A DNA stretch of 64,000 nt from Felis catus (Eukaryota), in the NCBI RefSeq assembly GCF_018350175.1, contig NC_058368.1, positions 85,066,001-85,130,000 on the forward strand, read 5' to 3'. Both the position numbers and the translations under genes were made by a program. Under the pieces are notes generated by a model. The model had not been told where the DNA came from. It worked only from the letters and a program-made list of their open reading frames with translations, and ran no database searches. This document shows, in pieces, positions 23,824 through 37,365 of this stretch; the stretch's first letter is position 1; each line of letters starts with the position of its first letter.

Positions 23824-26226
23824 TTAAAAAAATATATCCCATGCTTATGGATTGGAAGAACAAATATTGTTAAAATGTTGATACTGCCCAAAGTAATCTA
23901 TGTATTAAATGCAATCCCTATCAAAATAACACCAGCATTCTTCACAGAGCTAGAGCAAACAATCCTAAAATTTGTTTGGAATCAGAAAATACCCCTAATA
24001 GTCAAAGCAATCCTGAAAGAGAATACAAAAGCTGATGTCATCACAATCCTGGACTTCAAGATGCATGCTTTAATCAACAATATGTATGGTAGTGGCACAA
24101 AAACACACAGTTAGATAAATGGAATAGAATAGGAAATCCAGAAATGGACCCAGAATACATTGCAAACTAATCTTTGACAAAGCAGGAAAGAATATCTAAT
24201 GGAATAAAGACAGTCTTTTCAGCAAATGGTGTTGGGATAACTGGACAGCAGCATGCAGAAAAATGAACGTGGATCACTTTCTTACACCATACATAAAAAC
24301 AAATTCAAAATGGATTTAAGACCTAAATGTAAGACAGGAAGTCATCCAAATCCTAGAGGAGAATGTAGGCAAAACCCTCTTTGACCTCAGCTGCAGCAAC
24401 TTCTTACTCAACACGTCTCCAGAGGCAAGGGAAACAAAGGCAAAAATGAACTTTTGGATTCATCAAGATGAAAAGCCTCTGCACAGCTAACCTAAAAGAA
24501 ACCAACGGAGTGGGAAAAGATATTTGCAAGTGACATATCAAATAAAAGGCTAGTATCCAAAATCTATAAAGAACTTATCAAACTCAACACCCAAAAACAA
24601 ATAATCCAGTGAAGAAATGGGCAGAAGACATGAATAGACACGCTTCCAAAGTAGGCATCCAGATGGCTAACAGACACATGGAAATATGCTCAACATCACT
24701 CATCATCAGGGAAACAAAAATAAAAACCACAATGAGATACCACCTCACACCTATCAGAAATGGCTAACATTAACAACTCAGGCAACAACAGATGTTGGTG
24801 ATGATGCGAAGAAAGATCTCTTTTACACTTCTGGTGGGAATGCAAACTGGTGCAGCCACTCTTGAATACAATATGGAGGTTTCTCAACAATTTACAAATA
24901 TAACTACCCCATGATCCAGCAATTGAACTAGTAGGTGTTCATCCAAAGGATACAAAAATGATGATTTGAAGTGGCACATCACCCCAGTATTTATAGCAGC
25001 ACCATCAACAATAGCCAAAGTATGGAAAGAGCCCAAATGTCAATCGACAGATGAATGGATAAAGAAGATGTGATGTATAATATACAATGGAGTATTACTC
25101 AGGGATCAAAAAGAATGAAATCTTGCCATTTGTAACTAAGTGGATGGAACTAGTGGGTATTATGCTAAGCGAAATTATTCAGAGAAATACAAATATCATG
25201 AGACTTCACTCATATGTGGAATTTAAGATACAAAACACATTGACATTAGGTAAGGGAAGCAAAAATAGTATAAAAGTAAGGAGGGGGACAAAACACAAGA
25301 GATTTCTAAATACAGCGAAAAACCTGCAGGTTGCTAGAGGGGTTGTGAGTGGGAGGAAGGGCTAAATGAGTAAGGGGCAGTAAGGAAGACACTTGTTGGG
25401 ATGAGCACTGGATGTTATATACAGGGGATCAATCACTGAAATCTGTTGAAATCATTAATGCAGTATATGCTAACTAACTTGGATGTAAAATAAACAAATA
25501 AGTAAATAAATAAATACAATTTAAACCATTTGAATAAAATTATTCATCATTTTAATGAATATGTGTTTATTAGTCATATTGAATACAATTATATTTAATA
25601 CAAGAGATGTATTAAATTGAATATATACTTTTTTTAAAAATGACTTTTCTTTTGCTTTTTAATATTCATATCATTATTTAATATACACAGTATTGTCCAG
25701 AGCATATTTACTGAATTATAATAGTGATCACCTTTTGTTCTGATTTTAATGGCGATCCTAGTAGATGTTTAATTATGTTAACAAAAATTTTTACAGGACT
25801 AATATTTCATCACATAAGATATACTACTCACAAGGCAAGATTGCAAAATTTTATAAGGATATATTCAGCTTTACACAATCTTAGCAAATATTTTGAACTT
25901 CAATTTCTCCTGATAAAATAACCCCTATTCTAGTCACTTCCATATATATTTCATAATGTATATATTGTCAATTGTTAAAATGCATGTTGGAGCAATTAGG
26001 ATTTGACATCTGTCTTTTCCAAACCTCAGTCCCTAGGTTTATCATATTTTCTTGAGAAATGTGGACATTGGAGAAGGTGAAAGGAGACAAAAGAGATATC
26101 AGCCCATAGTCACCCTGGATTCACTTCATTTGAAGTGCATGCTCACTCTTTCCTGGTGTTGGAGAATTGGAACCAGCAGTCACAGACTTGACTGCATCTT
26201 GTCAGCTCTAGTCATTCATACACATA

Positions 26227-26689
26227 TTGGTTTATTTTTTTTATTGATTTTTAATTTTTTTAATTCAAGTCCAAGTTAGAGAGCTAACAGACATATGAAA
26301 AGATAATCAACATCACTCATCATCAGGGAAAAAAAATCAAAACCACAATGAGATACCACTTCACACCTGTCAAAATGGCTACTATTAACAACTAAGGCAA
26401 CAGAAGATGTTGGCAAGGATACAGAGAAAGGGGAACCCTTTTGCACTGTTGGTGGGAATGTGAACTGGTACAGCCACTCTGGAAAACTGTATGGAGGTTC
26501 CTCAAAATTTAAAAATAGAACTACTCTACAACTGAGCAATTGCACTACTAGGCATTTATCCGAAGGAAACAAAAAGACTGATTTGAAGGGGCATATGTAC
26601 CCCAATATTTATAGTAGCACTATCAACAACAGCCAAATTATGGAAATTTCCCGAATGCCCATATTCTGATTAATGGATAAAGAAGATGT

Positions 26690-26728
<39 letters not shown>

Positions 26729-27035
26729 CTGTCATATATGTATATATACGTATATATATACATATATATACGTATATATACATATATGACAGTCTTTTCA
26801 GCAAATGGTGTGGGGATAACTGGACAGCGGCATGCAGAAAAAAATATATATATATCAAAAATAATGAAATCTTAATATTTGTAACAATTAGATCCAACTA
26901 GAGTGTATTATTCTAAATGGAAATAAGTCAGTCAGAGAAAGACAAATATATGACTTCATTCATATGTGGAATTTGAGAAACAAAGCATGAACACAGGGGA
27001 GGGGAAGGAAGATAAGAACAGAGAGGAAGGCAAAC
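26227..27035. mobile_element. Short twin-primed (inverted) L1 insertion
   Basis: TSD catacacata (26217-26226 / 27036-27045); T-tail and short antisense 3' end, then a sense-oriented L1 3' piece. Confidence 0.8.
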
Positions 27036-28090
27036 CATACACATACTCTTGACCACTATTGCATTCATGGCATACTGAACATCTATTATTTCCTCAAAGT
27101 GAAGTCTTTATAAGTTCCATCCCATTGTTCTCTAGGGAAGTGTGACAGTGTTGATAGTGTTTCTGTGATATTTTTGGAACTGCAGGAAATGTGATATCTG
27201 TGGCCACTCATGCCCACACAATCCCTACTGTTATTCCCCTTCTATTTGACAGGAGGCATATCTTATTTGCCCTAACAGGGCTACCAGGTGGGAAAACCTC
27301 AAAGTCACATCTACACCGCTCTAAGAATGCTGCCTGCAAGCTTCCCACAAACATTGCCACTTACCTTATGCCACTTACCATAAACTTCTCCGTTCTCAGG
27401 AAAATTCCTTTATTTTTGTTTTTGTTTTTTTTATTCTTGGTTTACTTTTCAAGTTTTCAGTTTAAATTCCAGTTAGTTAACACACGGTGTAATATTGGTT
27501 TCAGGTGTAGAATTTAATAATTCAACAATTGCATACAACACCCTGAGCTCATCAAAACAAATGCATTCCTTAATCCCCATTACCTATTTAAACCAAACTC
27601 ACACCTATCTTTCTGGTAACCATCAGGTTGATCTCTATGGTTAAGAGTCTATTTTTTTGGTTTGCCTCTCTAATATTTCCCATATGATCATTTATCTCAT
27701 TTCTTATTTTTTTACGTGTATTTATTTTTGATTGATAGAGAGAGACAGATCACAAGTGGGGGAGGGGCAGAGAGAGGAGACACAGAATCAGAAGCAGGCT
27801 CCAGGCTCTGAGCGGTCAGCACAGAGCCCAAAACTGGGCTTGAACCCACAAACTGGGAGATCATGACCTGAGCCGAAGTCGGACGCTTAACTGACTGAGC
27901 CACCAGGTGCACCTAATTTTTCTCATTTCTTAAATTCCACATAAGAGTGAAATAATGTCTTTTGTCTTGAAATAATGGCATTTGTCTTTCTCTGACTTAT
28001 TTCATGTAGCATAATAGTTTCTAGCTCCATCCATGTTGTTGCAAATGACAAGATTCCATTCTTTTTTTTTTTTTATGGGTGAGTATATAC

Positions 28091-28125
<35 letters not shown>

Positions 28126-29377
28126 CACATCTGCTTTATCCATTCATCAATTGAAGGACATTTTGGCTCTTTTCATAATTTGGCTTTTATAGGTAATGCT
28201 GCTGTAAACGTTAGACTGCACGTATTCTTTTGAAGTCATATTTTTGTATTCTTTGGGTACCTGGTAGTGAAATTACTGGATCATAGATTACTTGCATATT
28301 TTGCTTTTTGAGAAACCTCCATACTGTTTTCCAGATTGGATGCACCAGTTTGCATTACTCCCAAAACTGCAATAATGTTCCCCTTAACCACATCCTTTCC
28401 AACACATTTTGGTTCTTGTGGTGTTGATTTTAGCCATTCTGACAAGTATGTGATATTTCATATTTCATTGTAATTTTGATTCGTATTTCCCTTATGATGA
28501 GTGGTCCTGAGCATCTTTTCATGTATCTGTTGGCCAATCTTTATGTCTTCTTTGGAAAAATGTATATGTATGCCTTCTGTTCACTTTTTAGAAGTTTATT
28601 TATTTATTTTGACAGAGATAGAGCACAAGTGGAGGAGGGGCAGAGAGAGTGTGAGAGAGAGAGAGAGAATATATGTTAGCACAGGCCCTGATACGGAGGT
28701 TGAACTCACAAACTGTGAAATCATGATCTGAGCTGAAATCAATAGTTGGAAGCATAACAGACTGAGCCCCCCAGCTGCCCCTGCCTATTTTTTATTGGAT
28801 TATTTGTTTGTTGGATATTGAGTCTTATAAGTTCTTTATGTATTTTGGATATTAACCTTTTATGAATCATATCATTTGCAAATATCTTCTCTCATTCCAT
28901 AGGTTGCCTTTTAAGTTTGTCATTTCCTTCAGTGTGCAGTTTTTAATGTTGATTAAATTCCAGTGCTTTATTTTTGTTTTTGTTTTCCTTGCCTTAGGAG
29001 ACATATCTAGAAATAAGTTGCTACTGCCAATGTCAAGGAAATTACAGCCTGTGTTTTTATTTTTGATGGCTCCCTATCTCACATTTAGGTGTTTAATCCA
29101 TTTCGATTTATGTTTGTGTAATAAAGTGATACAGTTTCATTCTTTTACACGTTGCTGTACAGTTTTCCCAACACCATTTGTTTAAGAAACTTTTACTCAT
29201 TGGATATTCTTTCCCTCTTTCTTGAAGATTAATTGACCATACATTTGTGGGTACCTTTCTTGTTTTTCCATTCTGTTCTATTGATATATGGCCTATACTG
29301 TCTTCATCACTATAAGTATTAGAACTTTAAGTCTGGATTTATGTTGCCTTTATCTTCTTCTTCTTATTATTATTTTA

Positions 29378-29451
29378 ACAACCCTGTGTCAAGGGCTGAC
29401 TTTCTACAGATCGCAGTGGAGGGAGCTGCTCTGCTACATATGAAACCCCGA
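29378..29451 (-). pseudogene. Retrocopy of the 28S rRNA 3' terminus (SINE28-like)
   Basis: Matches the reverse complement of the 28S end GGGGTTTCGTACGTAGCAGAGCAGCTCCCTCGCTGCGATCTATTGAAAGTCAGCCCTCGACACAAGGGTTTGT; T-rich tail at 29353-29376; TSD tgccttta (29345 / 29455). Confidence 0.9.
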
Positions 29452-30384
29452 GACTGCCTTTACTTATATTCTTCACAGTTGCTTTGGTTATTCAGGGACT
29501 TTTGTGGTTCCATACAAATTTTAGGATTGTTTGTTTTAGATATGTGGAAAATGCTGGTGATATTTGGTAGGGATTGCATTAAATGTAGAGATTATTTTGG
29601 GGAATATAGACATTTTAACAATAGTGTTTTTTCCAGTCCATGAGCATGGATGCCTTTTCATTTCTTTTTGCCATCTTCAATTTCGTTCTTTGGTATTCTA
29701 TGTTTTTTTCAGAGTACAAGTATTTACATCTTTGGTTAGGTTTATTCCTAGGTAACTAATTGTTTTTAATGCAATTGTAAGTAGGGTTGATCCCTTGACT
29801 TATTTTCCTGCTGTTTCATTATAGGTGTATAGATGCTCACCAGATTTCTGCACTATGATATTGGATCCTGTGACCTTACTGAATTTGTGTTTCAGGTCTA
29901 TCGAGCAATTTTTTGATAGAGACTTTTGGATTTTCTTTACAGAATATCATGTCAACTTCAATTAGTGAAAGTTATACCTCTCCCTTGCCAATATGGATGA
30001 CTTTTATTTCTTTTTCTTGTCTGATTGTTGTGGTTATGTCTTCCAGTACTATGTTAAATAACAGTAGTTAGGTGGACATCTGTCTTGTTCCTGTCCTTAG
30101 AGAAAAAAAAAACTCTCCATTTTTCCCCATTGAAGATGATATTAGCTATGGTTTTTCATATATGGCTTTTATGATGTTGAGGTATGTCCTCTCTAACATT
30201 TGTGGAGGATTTTTATAATGAATGGTTGTTGTACTGTGTCAAATGCTTTTCCTGCATCTATTGAGAGATCATATTTTTCTCATACTTTCCCTTACTAATT
30301 TGCTATATAATGTTGATTGATTTGTGAATATTGAACCATCCTTGCAGCCCAGAAATAATTCCACATGGTTGCGGTGAATAATTC

Positions 30385-30599
30385 TTTTTTTTTTTTCAAC
30401 GTTTATTTATTTTTGGGACAGAGAGAGACAGAGCATGAACGGGGGAGGGGCAGAGAGAGAGGGAGACACAGAATCGGAAACAGGCTCCAGGCTCCGAGCC
30501 ATCAGCCCAGAGCCTGACGCGGGGCTCGAACTCACGGACCGGGAGATTGTGACCTGGCTGAAGTCAGACGCTTAACCGACTGCACCACCCAGGCGCCCC
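30385..30599 (-). mobile_element. Young felid Can-SINE
   Basis: TSD gtgaataattctttt; many CpGs retained. Confidence 0.95.
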
Positions 30600-31766
30600 G
30601 TGAATAATTCTTTTAATGTACTGTTGGATTCAGTTTTGCTAGTGTTTTATTGAAAATTTCAACATCTATGTTCATCAGAGATATTGGTCTGTATTCTATT
30701 TTTTTACTTGGGTCTTATCTGGTTTTCTTATCAAGGCAATACTGGCTTTATAGAAGGAATTTGGAAGTTTTCCTTGCTTTTCTATTTTTTGTAATATTGA
30801 GATGCATGGGTATTAACTCTTCATTAAATGGTTGCTAAAATTTGCCTGGAAAACAATCCAGCCCAGGGCGTTGTTTGTTGGGAGATGTTTTATGATTGAT
30901 TTATTTTCCTGGATGGTTATCACTCTGTTCAAGTTTTCTAATCCTTACTGTTTGACTTTTTGTAGCTTATATGTTTCTTGGAATTTATCCATTCTTTGCA
31001 GGTTGTCCAATTTGTTGGCATGCAGTTTTTCATAATATACTCATAATTGTTTGCATTTCTGTGGTGTTGATTCTTATTTCTCCTCTCTCACTTGTGATTT
31101 GCTTTATTTGGGTCCTTTCTCGTTTTTTTCAAACATAAAAAAAAGTATTTATTTATTTTGAGAGCAGAGGGGTGGGCACACATAGAGAGAAGGAGAGATA
31201 GAATACTAAGTAGGCTCTATGCTGTCATCACAGATCCCAGTGCAAAGCTCAGTCTCAAAAACCATAAGATCATGATCTGAGCCAAAATCAAGAGTCAGAC
31301 TCTTAACCACTTGAGCCACCAAAGGAACCCCTGTTTCCCTTTTGATAAGTCTGGCTAAGAGTTTAAAAATTTTATTAATTTTTTCAAAGAACTACCTCCT
31401 GGTTTAATTGAACAATTCTGTTGTTTCATGGGTATTTTTAGTACCTATATCATTTATTTATGGCCTAATCTGTACTATGCCCTACCTTCTGCTGAGTTTA
31501 GGCTTCATTTGTTGTTATTTTCTTGCTCCTTTAAGTGTAATGTTAGGTTGTTTATTTCAGATTTTCTTTGTTTCTTAAGGTAGGCCTGTATTGCTATATA
31601 GTTCCTTCTTAGGACTCCTTTAGCTGTATCCCAAATGTTTTGGACTATAGTTTTTTCATTTTTATTTATTTACATGTATTTTTATTTTTTTTAATTTAAA
31701 TTCAAGTTAGTTAACATACAGTGTAACAGTCTTGGCTTTAGTTGTAGAACCCAGTGAATCATCTCT

Positions 31767-31989
31767 TTTTTTTTTAATTTTTTTTTCAACGTTTATTTAT
31801 TTTTGGGACAGAGAGAGACAAAGCATGAACGGGGGAGGGGCAGAGAGAGAGGGAGACACAGAATCGGAGACAGGCTCCAGGCTCTGAGCCATCAGCCCAG
31901 AGCCTGACGCGGGGCTCGAACTCCCGGACCGCGAGATCGTGACCTGGCTGAAGTCGGACGCTCAACCGACTGCGCCACCCAGGCGCGCC
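31767..31989 (-). mobile_element. Young felid Can-SINE
   Basis: TSD gtgaatcatctctt; CpG-rich. Confidence 0.95.
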
Positions 31990-32337
31990 GTGAATCATCT
32001 CTTATATATATGACACCCAGTTCTCAACCCAAAACATGCCCTCCTTAATGGCCATCAACAATTGAAACTATCCCTTCCACCTCCCTTCCAGGAACCCTCA
32101 GTTTATTCTCTGTAATTAAAAGTCTCTTATAGTTTGCTTCCCTCTCTGATTTATTTTACTTTTCCTTCCCTTCCCCTATGATTATCTGTTGTATTTTCCA
32201 AATTCCACATATGAAAAATCATATGGTATTTGTCTTTATCTGACTGAATTATTTTGCTTAGCATAATACACTCTAGTTCCATCCACATTGTTGCAAATGA
32301 CAATATTTCATTGTTTTTCATTGTGGAGAAGTAACCC

Positions 32338-32380
<43 letters not shown>

Positions 32381-32796
32381 CATTTTTTATCCATTTATCT
32401 GTCGATGGGCATTTGGACTCTCCATGATTTGGCTATTGTTGATAGTGCTTCTACAAACATTGGATGTATCTGCCCCTTTGAACCAGCATTTTTGTATTTT
32501 TTTGGATACATTCCTAGCAATGCAATTGCTGGGTCACAGGGTAATTCTATTTTTAATTTTTTTGAGAAACCTCCATGCTGTTTTCAAGAGTGGCTGAAAC
32601 AGTTTGCATTTCTACCAACAATGGAAAAGGACTCCACTTTCTCCATATCCTTACCAACATCTATTTTCCCCATTGTTAATTGTAGCTATCTGACAGGGGT
32701 GAGGTAGCATTTCATTGTAGTTTTGATTTTTATTTCCCTGATGATGAGTGATGTTGAGCATGGTTTCATGTGCCTGTTAGCCATCTGGATGTCTTT

Positions 32797-33004
32797 TTGA
32801 ATTAATTATTGTTGTTTATATATTTTTTAGAGACAGAGAAAGAGCATGATCAGGGGAGGGGAAGAGGGAGACACATAACCTGAATCAGGCTCCAGACTAT
32901 GAGTTGGCAGCAGACAGCCTGATACAGGGGTCAAACTCACAAATAGAGAGATGATGAGCTGAGCCAAAGTCAGACACTTAACTGACTGAGTCACCCAAAT
33001 GTCC
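32797..33004 (-). mobile_element. Older Can-SINE
   Basis: TSD ctggatgtctt. Confidence 0.85.
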
Positions 33005-34261
33005 CTGGATGTCTTCTTTGCAGAAGTGTAATTTCGTGTCTTCTGCCAATTTATTCACTGGATTATTTGTTTTTTTTTTTTGTGTATTGAGTTTGATATG
33101 TTCTTTGGATATTAACCCTTTATCCGATATGTCATTTGCTAATATCTTCTCCCATTCTATTAGTTGCCTTTTAGTTTTGTTGATTATTTCCTTCACTGTG
33201 CATAAGCTTTTTATCTTGATGAGGTCCCAATAGTTCATTTTACTTTTATTTCCCTTGTTTGGAGACATGTCAAGTAAGAAGTTGCTGCAGACCCAGTCAA
33301 AGAGGTTGCTGCCTATTTTCTCCTATAGGATATTGATGGTTTCCTCTCTCATATTGAGGTCTTTCATCCATTTTGAGTTTAGTTTTGTGTATGGTCTAAG
33401 AAAGTGGTCCAGTTTCATCCTTCTGCATGTCACAGTTCAGTTCTCCCAACACCATCTGCTACAGGCACTGTCTTTTTTCCACTGGATACTCTTCTTCTCA
33501 GTCAAATGTTAGTTTGCCATATATTTGTGAGTCCATCTGTGGGATCTCCATTCTACTCAATTTACCTGTGTGTCTGTTTTTGTGCCAATACCATACTGTA
33601 TTGATGATTACAGTAATACATCTTAGCGTCCAGAATTGTGATGCCTCCAGCTTTGATTTTCTTTTTCAATGTTGCATTGGCTATTCAGAGTATTCTGTGG
33701 TTCTAGACAAATTTTAGCATTATTTCTTCTAGTTCTGTGAAGAATGCTGGTGTTATTTTGATAGGGATTACATTGAATGTGTAGATTACTTCGGTTAATA
33801 TACACATTTTACCAATATTTGTTCTTCCAGTTCATGAGAATATAATGTTTTCCCATTTCTTTGTGTCTTTTTCAATTTATTTCAAAGTTTCTATAGTTTT
33901 CATCATACAGATATTTTATCTCTTTGGTTAGGTTTATTTGCTTAACTATTTTACGGGTTTTGATGCAACTATAATTGGGATTGATTCCTTGATATTTCTT
34001 TCTGCTGCTTCATTACTGGTGTATAAAAATGCAACAGATTTTGTTACGTTGATTTTATATTCTGTAAGTATCTTGAATTCATGTATCAGCTCTAACAGTT
34101 TTTTTTTATGGAGTCTTTTGGGTTTTCCTTGTAGAGTATCATGTAACCTGTGAAGAGTGAATGTTTGACTTCTTCCTTGCCACATTTTATGCCTTTTATT
34201 TCGTTTTGTTGTCTGATTGCTGAGGCTAGACTTCCACCTGTATATTGAATAAAAGTAGTGA

Positions 34262-34461
34262 GGGGCGCCTGGGTGGCGCAGTCGGTTAAGCGTCCGACTT
34301 CAGCCAGGTCACGATCTCGCAATCCGTGAGTTCGAGCCCCGCGTCAGGCTCTGGGCTGATGGCTCAGAGCCTGGAGCCTGTTTCCGATTCTGTGTCTCCC
34401 TCTCTCTCTGCCCCTCCCCCATTCATGCTCTGTCTCTCTCTGTCCCAAAAATAAATAAACG
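34262..34461 (+). mobile_element. Young felid Can-SINE lacking a terminal A tail
   Basis: TSD ttgaataaaagtagtgag (34245 / 34462). Confidence 0.93.
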
Positions 34462-35325
34462 TTGAATAAAAGTAGTGAGAGTGGAAATCCCTATTAAGTA
34501 CCTTATCTTAAGGGGAAAAGTCTCAGTTTTTCCCCATTGAGGATGATATTAACTGTGGGCCTTTCATAAATGGCTTTCATGATGTTAAGGTATTTCCCTT
34601 CTATCCCTACTTTCTTGAGGGTATTATCAAAAAGGATGCTGTATTTTGTCAAATGCTTTTTCTGAATCTATTAAAAATATTTATTAAAAAATATCTTATT
34701 CTTTCTTTTATTAATGTGGTTAATTAATCACACTGACAGATTTGTAAATATTGAATCAGTCCTTCAGCCCAGGAATAAATTCCACTGTCAAATATTGTTC
34801 CACCATGGGGAACAATATTTTTGATGTACTGTTGAAATCAGTTTGTTAGTATCTTGTTGAGAATTTTTACATCCAGGTAAATATACAGATATATTGGCCT
34901 GCAATTCTCCTTTGTAGTAGGGTCTTTGTCTGATTTTGGAATCAGGTTAATGAGTTTGGAACTCTTCCCTACATTTCTATTTTTTGGGACAGTTTGAGGA
35001 GAATAAGTATTAATTATGTTTTAAAGTCTGGTAGAATTATCCAGGGAAGCCATCTAGCCCAGGACTCTAATTTGCTAGAAGATTTTTATAAACAACACAA
35101 TTTCTTTGCTGGTTATGGGCCTGTTTAAATTTTCTATTTATTCTTGTTTGTGTTTTGGTAGTGTCTGAGTGTCTGTAAATTTGTCTATTTCATGCGGGTT
35201 GTCCAGTTTGATGGCGTATAATTTTTCACAGTACTGTCTTATAACTGTTTGTATTTCTGTGGTGTTGGTTGTGATCTCTCCTCTTTCATTTGTGATTTTA
35301 TCCATTTTGATCCTCTCCCATTTCT

Positions 35326-35686
35326 TATTTTATTTTATTTTATTTTATTTTATTTTATTTTATTTTTATTTTATTTTATTTTTTTAGTTTTTAAAATTTA
35401 CATCCAAATTAGTTAGCATATAGTACAACAATGATTTCAGGAGTATATTCCTTAGTGTCCCTTACTTATTTAGCTTATCCCCCCTCCTACAACCCCTCCA
35501 GTAACCTTCAGTTTGTTCTCCATATTTATTAGTCTTTTCTGTTTTGTCCCTCTCCCTGTTTTTAAATTATTTTCATTTCCCTTCCCTTATGTTCATCTGT
35601 GTTGTGTCTTAAAGTCCTCATATGAGTGAAGTCATACGATTTTTGTCTTTCTCTGACTAATTTCACTTAGCATAGTACCCTCCAGG
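35326..35686 (-). mobile_element. 5'-truncated L1 3' stub
   Basis: (TTTTA)n tail; TSD-like tcct(c/t)tcccatttctt on both sides. Confidence 0.85.
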
Positions 35687-37365
35687 GTCCTTTCCCATTT
35701 CTTCTTTTTGAGAAGTCTAGATAGGGATTTATCAATTTTGTTTATTCTTTCAAAAAACCAGCTCTTAGTTTCATTATCTCTTGGTGTTTATTTATTTTTT
35801 TGATTTTGTACCATTATAATATATAAATATATGCTTATCGTTATAATTTCCCTTCCTCAGCTGTCTTTGGGTTTTATTTGCTGTTCTTTTTCTAGCTCCT
35901 TTAGTTGTAAGGTTAGGTTGTATATTTGGGACTTTACTTGCTTCTTGAAATACGTCTGAATTGCAATGTATTTTTCTCTGAGAACTGTCTTTGCTGCTTC
36001 CCTAAAATTTTGGACAGTTATTTCTGTCATTTTCATTTGATTCCATGTGTTTTTTGATTTTCTGATTAACCCATTCATTCTTTAATAGGATGTTTTACAA
36101 TCTCCACGTACTTGAGGTCTTTCCAAATTTTTCTCGTGGTTGATTTCAAGTTTCATAGCATTGTGATCTGAAAAAAAAAATGCATGGTATGATCTCGATC
36201 TTTTAGTACATGTTGAGGGCTCTTTGTGCCAAGTATGTGATCTATTCTGGAGAACATTCCATATGCATCCTATGCACTGCTTTAGAATGTGATGTTCTGA
36301 ATATTTCTGGTTAGTCCATCTGGTCCACTGTGTCATTCACAGCCATTGTTTCCTTGTTAATTTTCTGCTTAGATGATCTGTTTAGTGTTGTAATTGAAGT
36401 ATTAAAATCTCCTACAATTATGGTATTGTTATCAGTTATTTTACTTATTATACTACCCTTCTTCATCTCTTGCTATTGTCTCTTTTTTAAAAGCTAGGTT
36501 GTCTGGCTTTTTGGCTTTCTTTTGATGTCCATTAGCATTATAGATGGTTATCCATGCCCTTATATTAAATCTGCATAGGTCTTTAGGTGTAAAATGAATC
36601 TCTTGTAGGGAACATATAGGTGGAATTTTTTTTCTTTAATACATTCTGATGTTCTATGACTTTTAATAGGGAAATTTAGTGAATTTACATTCAGAGTGAT
36701 TATTGAAAAAAAAGATATGAATTTAGTGCCATTGTGTTATCTGTAGATTTAGTGTTTGTGGTGATGTTCTCTGGTCCTTTTTAGTCTTTGCTGCTTTCCA
36801 CCCACAGAGTCTCCACTAGAACTTATTGCAGGGCTGGTTTACTGGTCATGAACTCCTTTAGTTTTTGTTTGTCTGGAAGAGTCTTTGTTTCTCCTTCTAT
36901 TCTAAATGAAGCCTGGTAGGTTAAAGGATTCTTGGCTGCATATCTTTCCTATTCAACACATTGAATATTTCCTGCCACTCTCTTCTGGCCTGCCATGTTT
37001 CATGGGGAAGGTCTGCTACTAATTTATGTGTTTATGCTTGCAGGTTAAGGATCTTTTTCCCTAGCTGTTTTCAGAATTCCCTCTTTATTATTTATTATTC
37101 CCTCTTTATACTACCTTTTTATTTTGGAAGTTCCACTATGATATATCATGGTATTGACCTGTTTTTGTTCATTTTGGAGGGAGTTCCCTGCACTTCTTGG
37201 ACTTGGATGCCTGTTTCCTTCACCAGATTAGGGAAGTTCTCAGCTATAATTTGTTCATATACACCTTCTGCCTCTTCTCACTCTTCTACTTCAGGGACTC
37301 CTATGATATAGATATTGTTTTATTTTATGTTATCACTTGGTTCTCTGATTCACCCCTTATCTGTG

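Larger units (their letters stand above)
18512..25520 (+). mobile_element. LINE-1 copy C, near full length (partial 5'UTR, ORF1 from about 20863, ORF2 from about 21841, poly-A), internal deletion near 22610
   Basis: QIRFAADLSTETWQARKEW; LNVNGLNAPIKRHRV; FAEDM; 3'UTR and A-rich tail. Confidence 0.92.
27415..31680 (-). mobile_element. LINE-1 copy D, 3' end and ORF2; carries SINEs at about 27705-27913, 28585-28782, 30385-30599 and 31130-31332
   Basis: Antisense L1 3'UTR/ORF2 text (ggtagggattgcattaaatg, atcatgtcaac, cagcccagg). Confidence 0.9.
31681..37365 (-). mobile_element. LINE-1 copy E (3'UTR, ORF2, part of ORF1), with nested SINEs and an L1 3' stub
   Basis: New T-tail at 31681; minus-strand peptides NYWDLIKIK, LIHEFKILTEYKINV. 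Confidence 0.88.

Noticed and set aside
26000..26110. LRNVDI as a possible OR C-terminal remnant
   Set aside because: No NP.IY motif or other supporting OR motif recoverable
27128..27385. O/E-like site ttctctagggaa and two minus-strand GTAAGT donors as an OR promoter
   Set aside because: Short motifs; the donors come from an 11-bp local duplication and their order relative to the site does not fit a promoter
29378..29451. Functional rRNA gene
   Set aside because: Only about 74 bp, mutated, tailed and TSD-flanked
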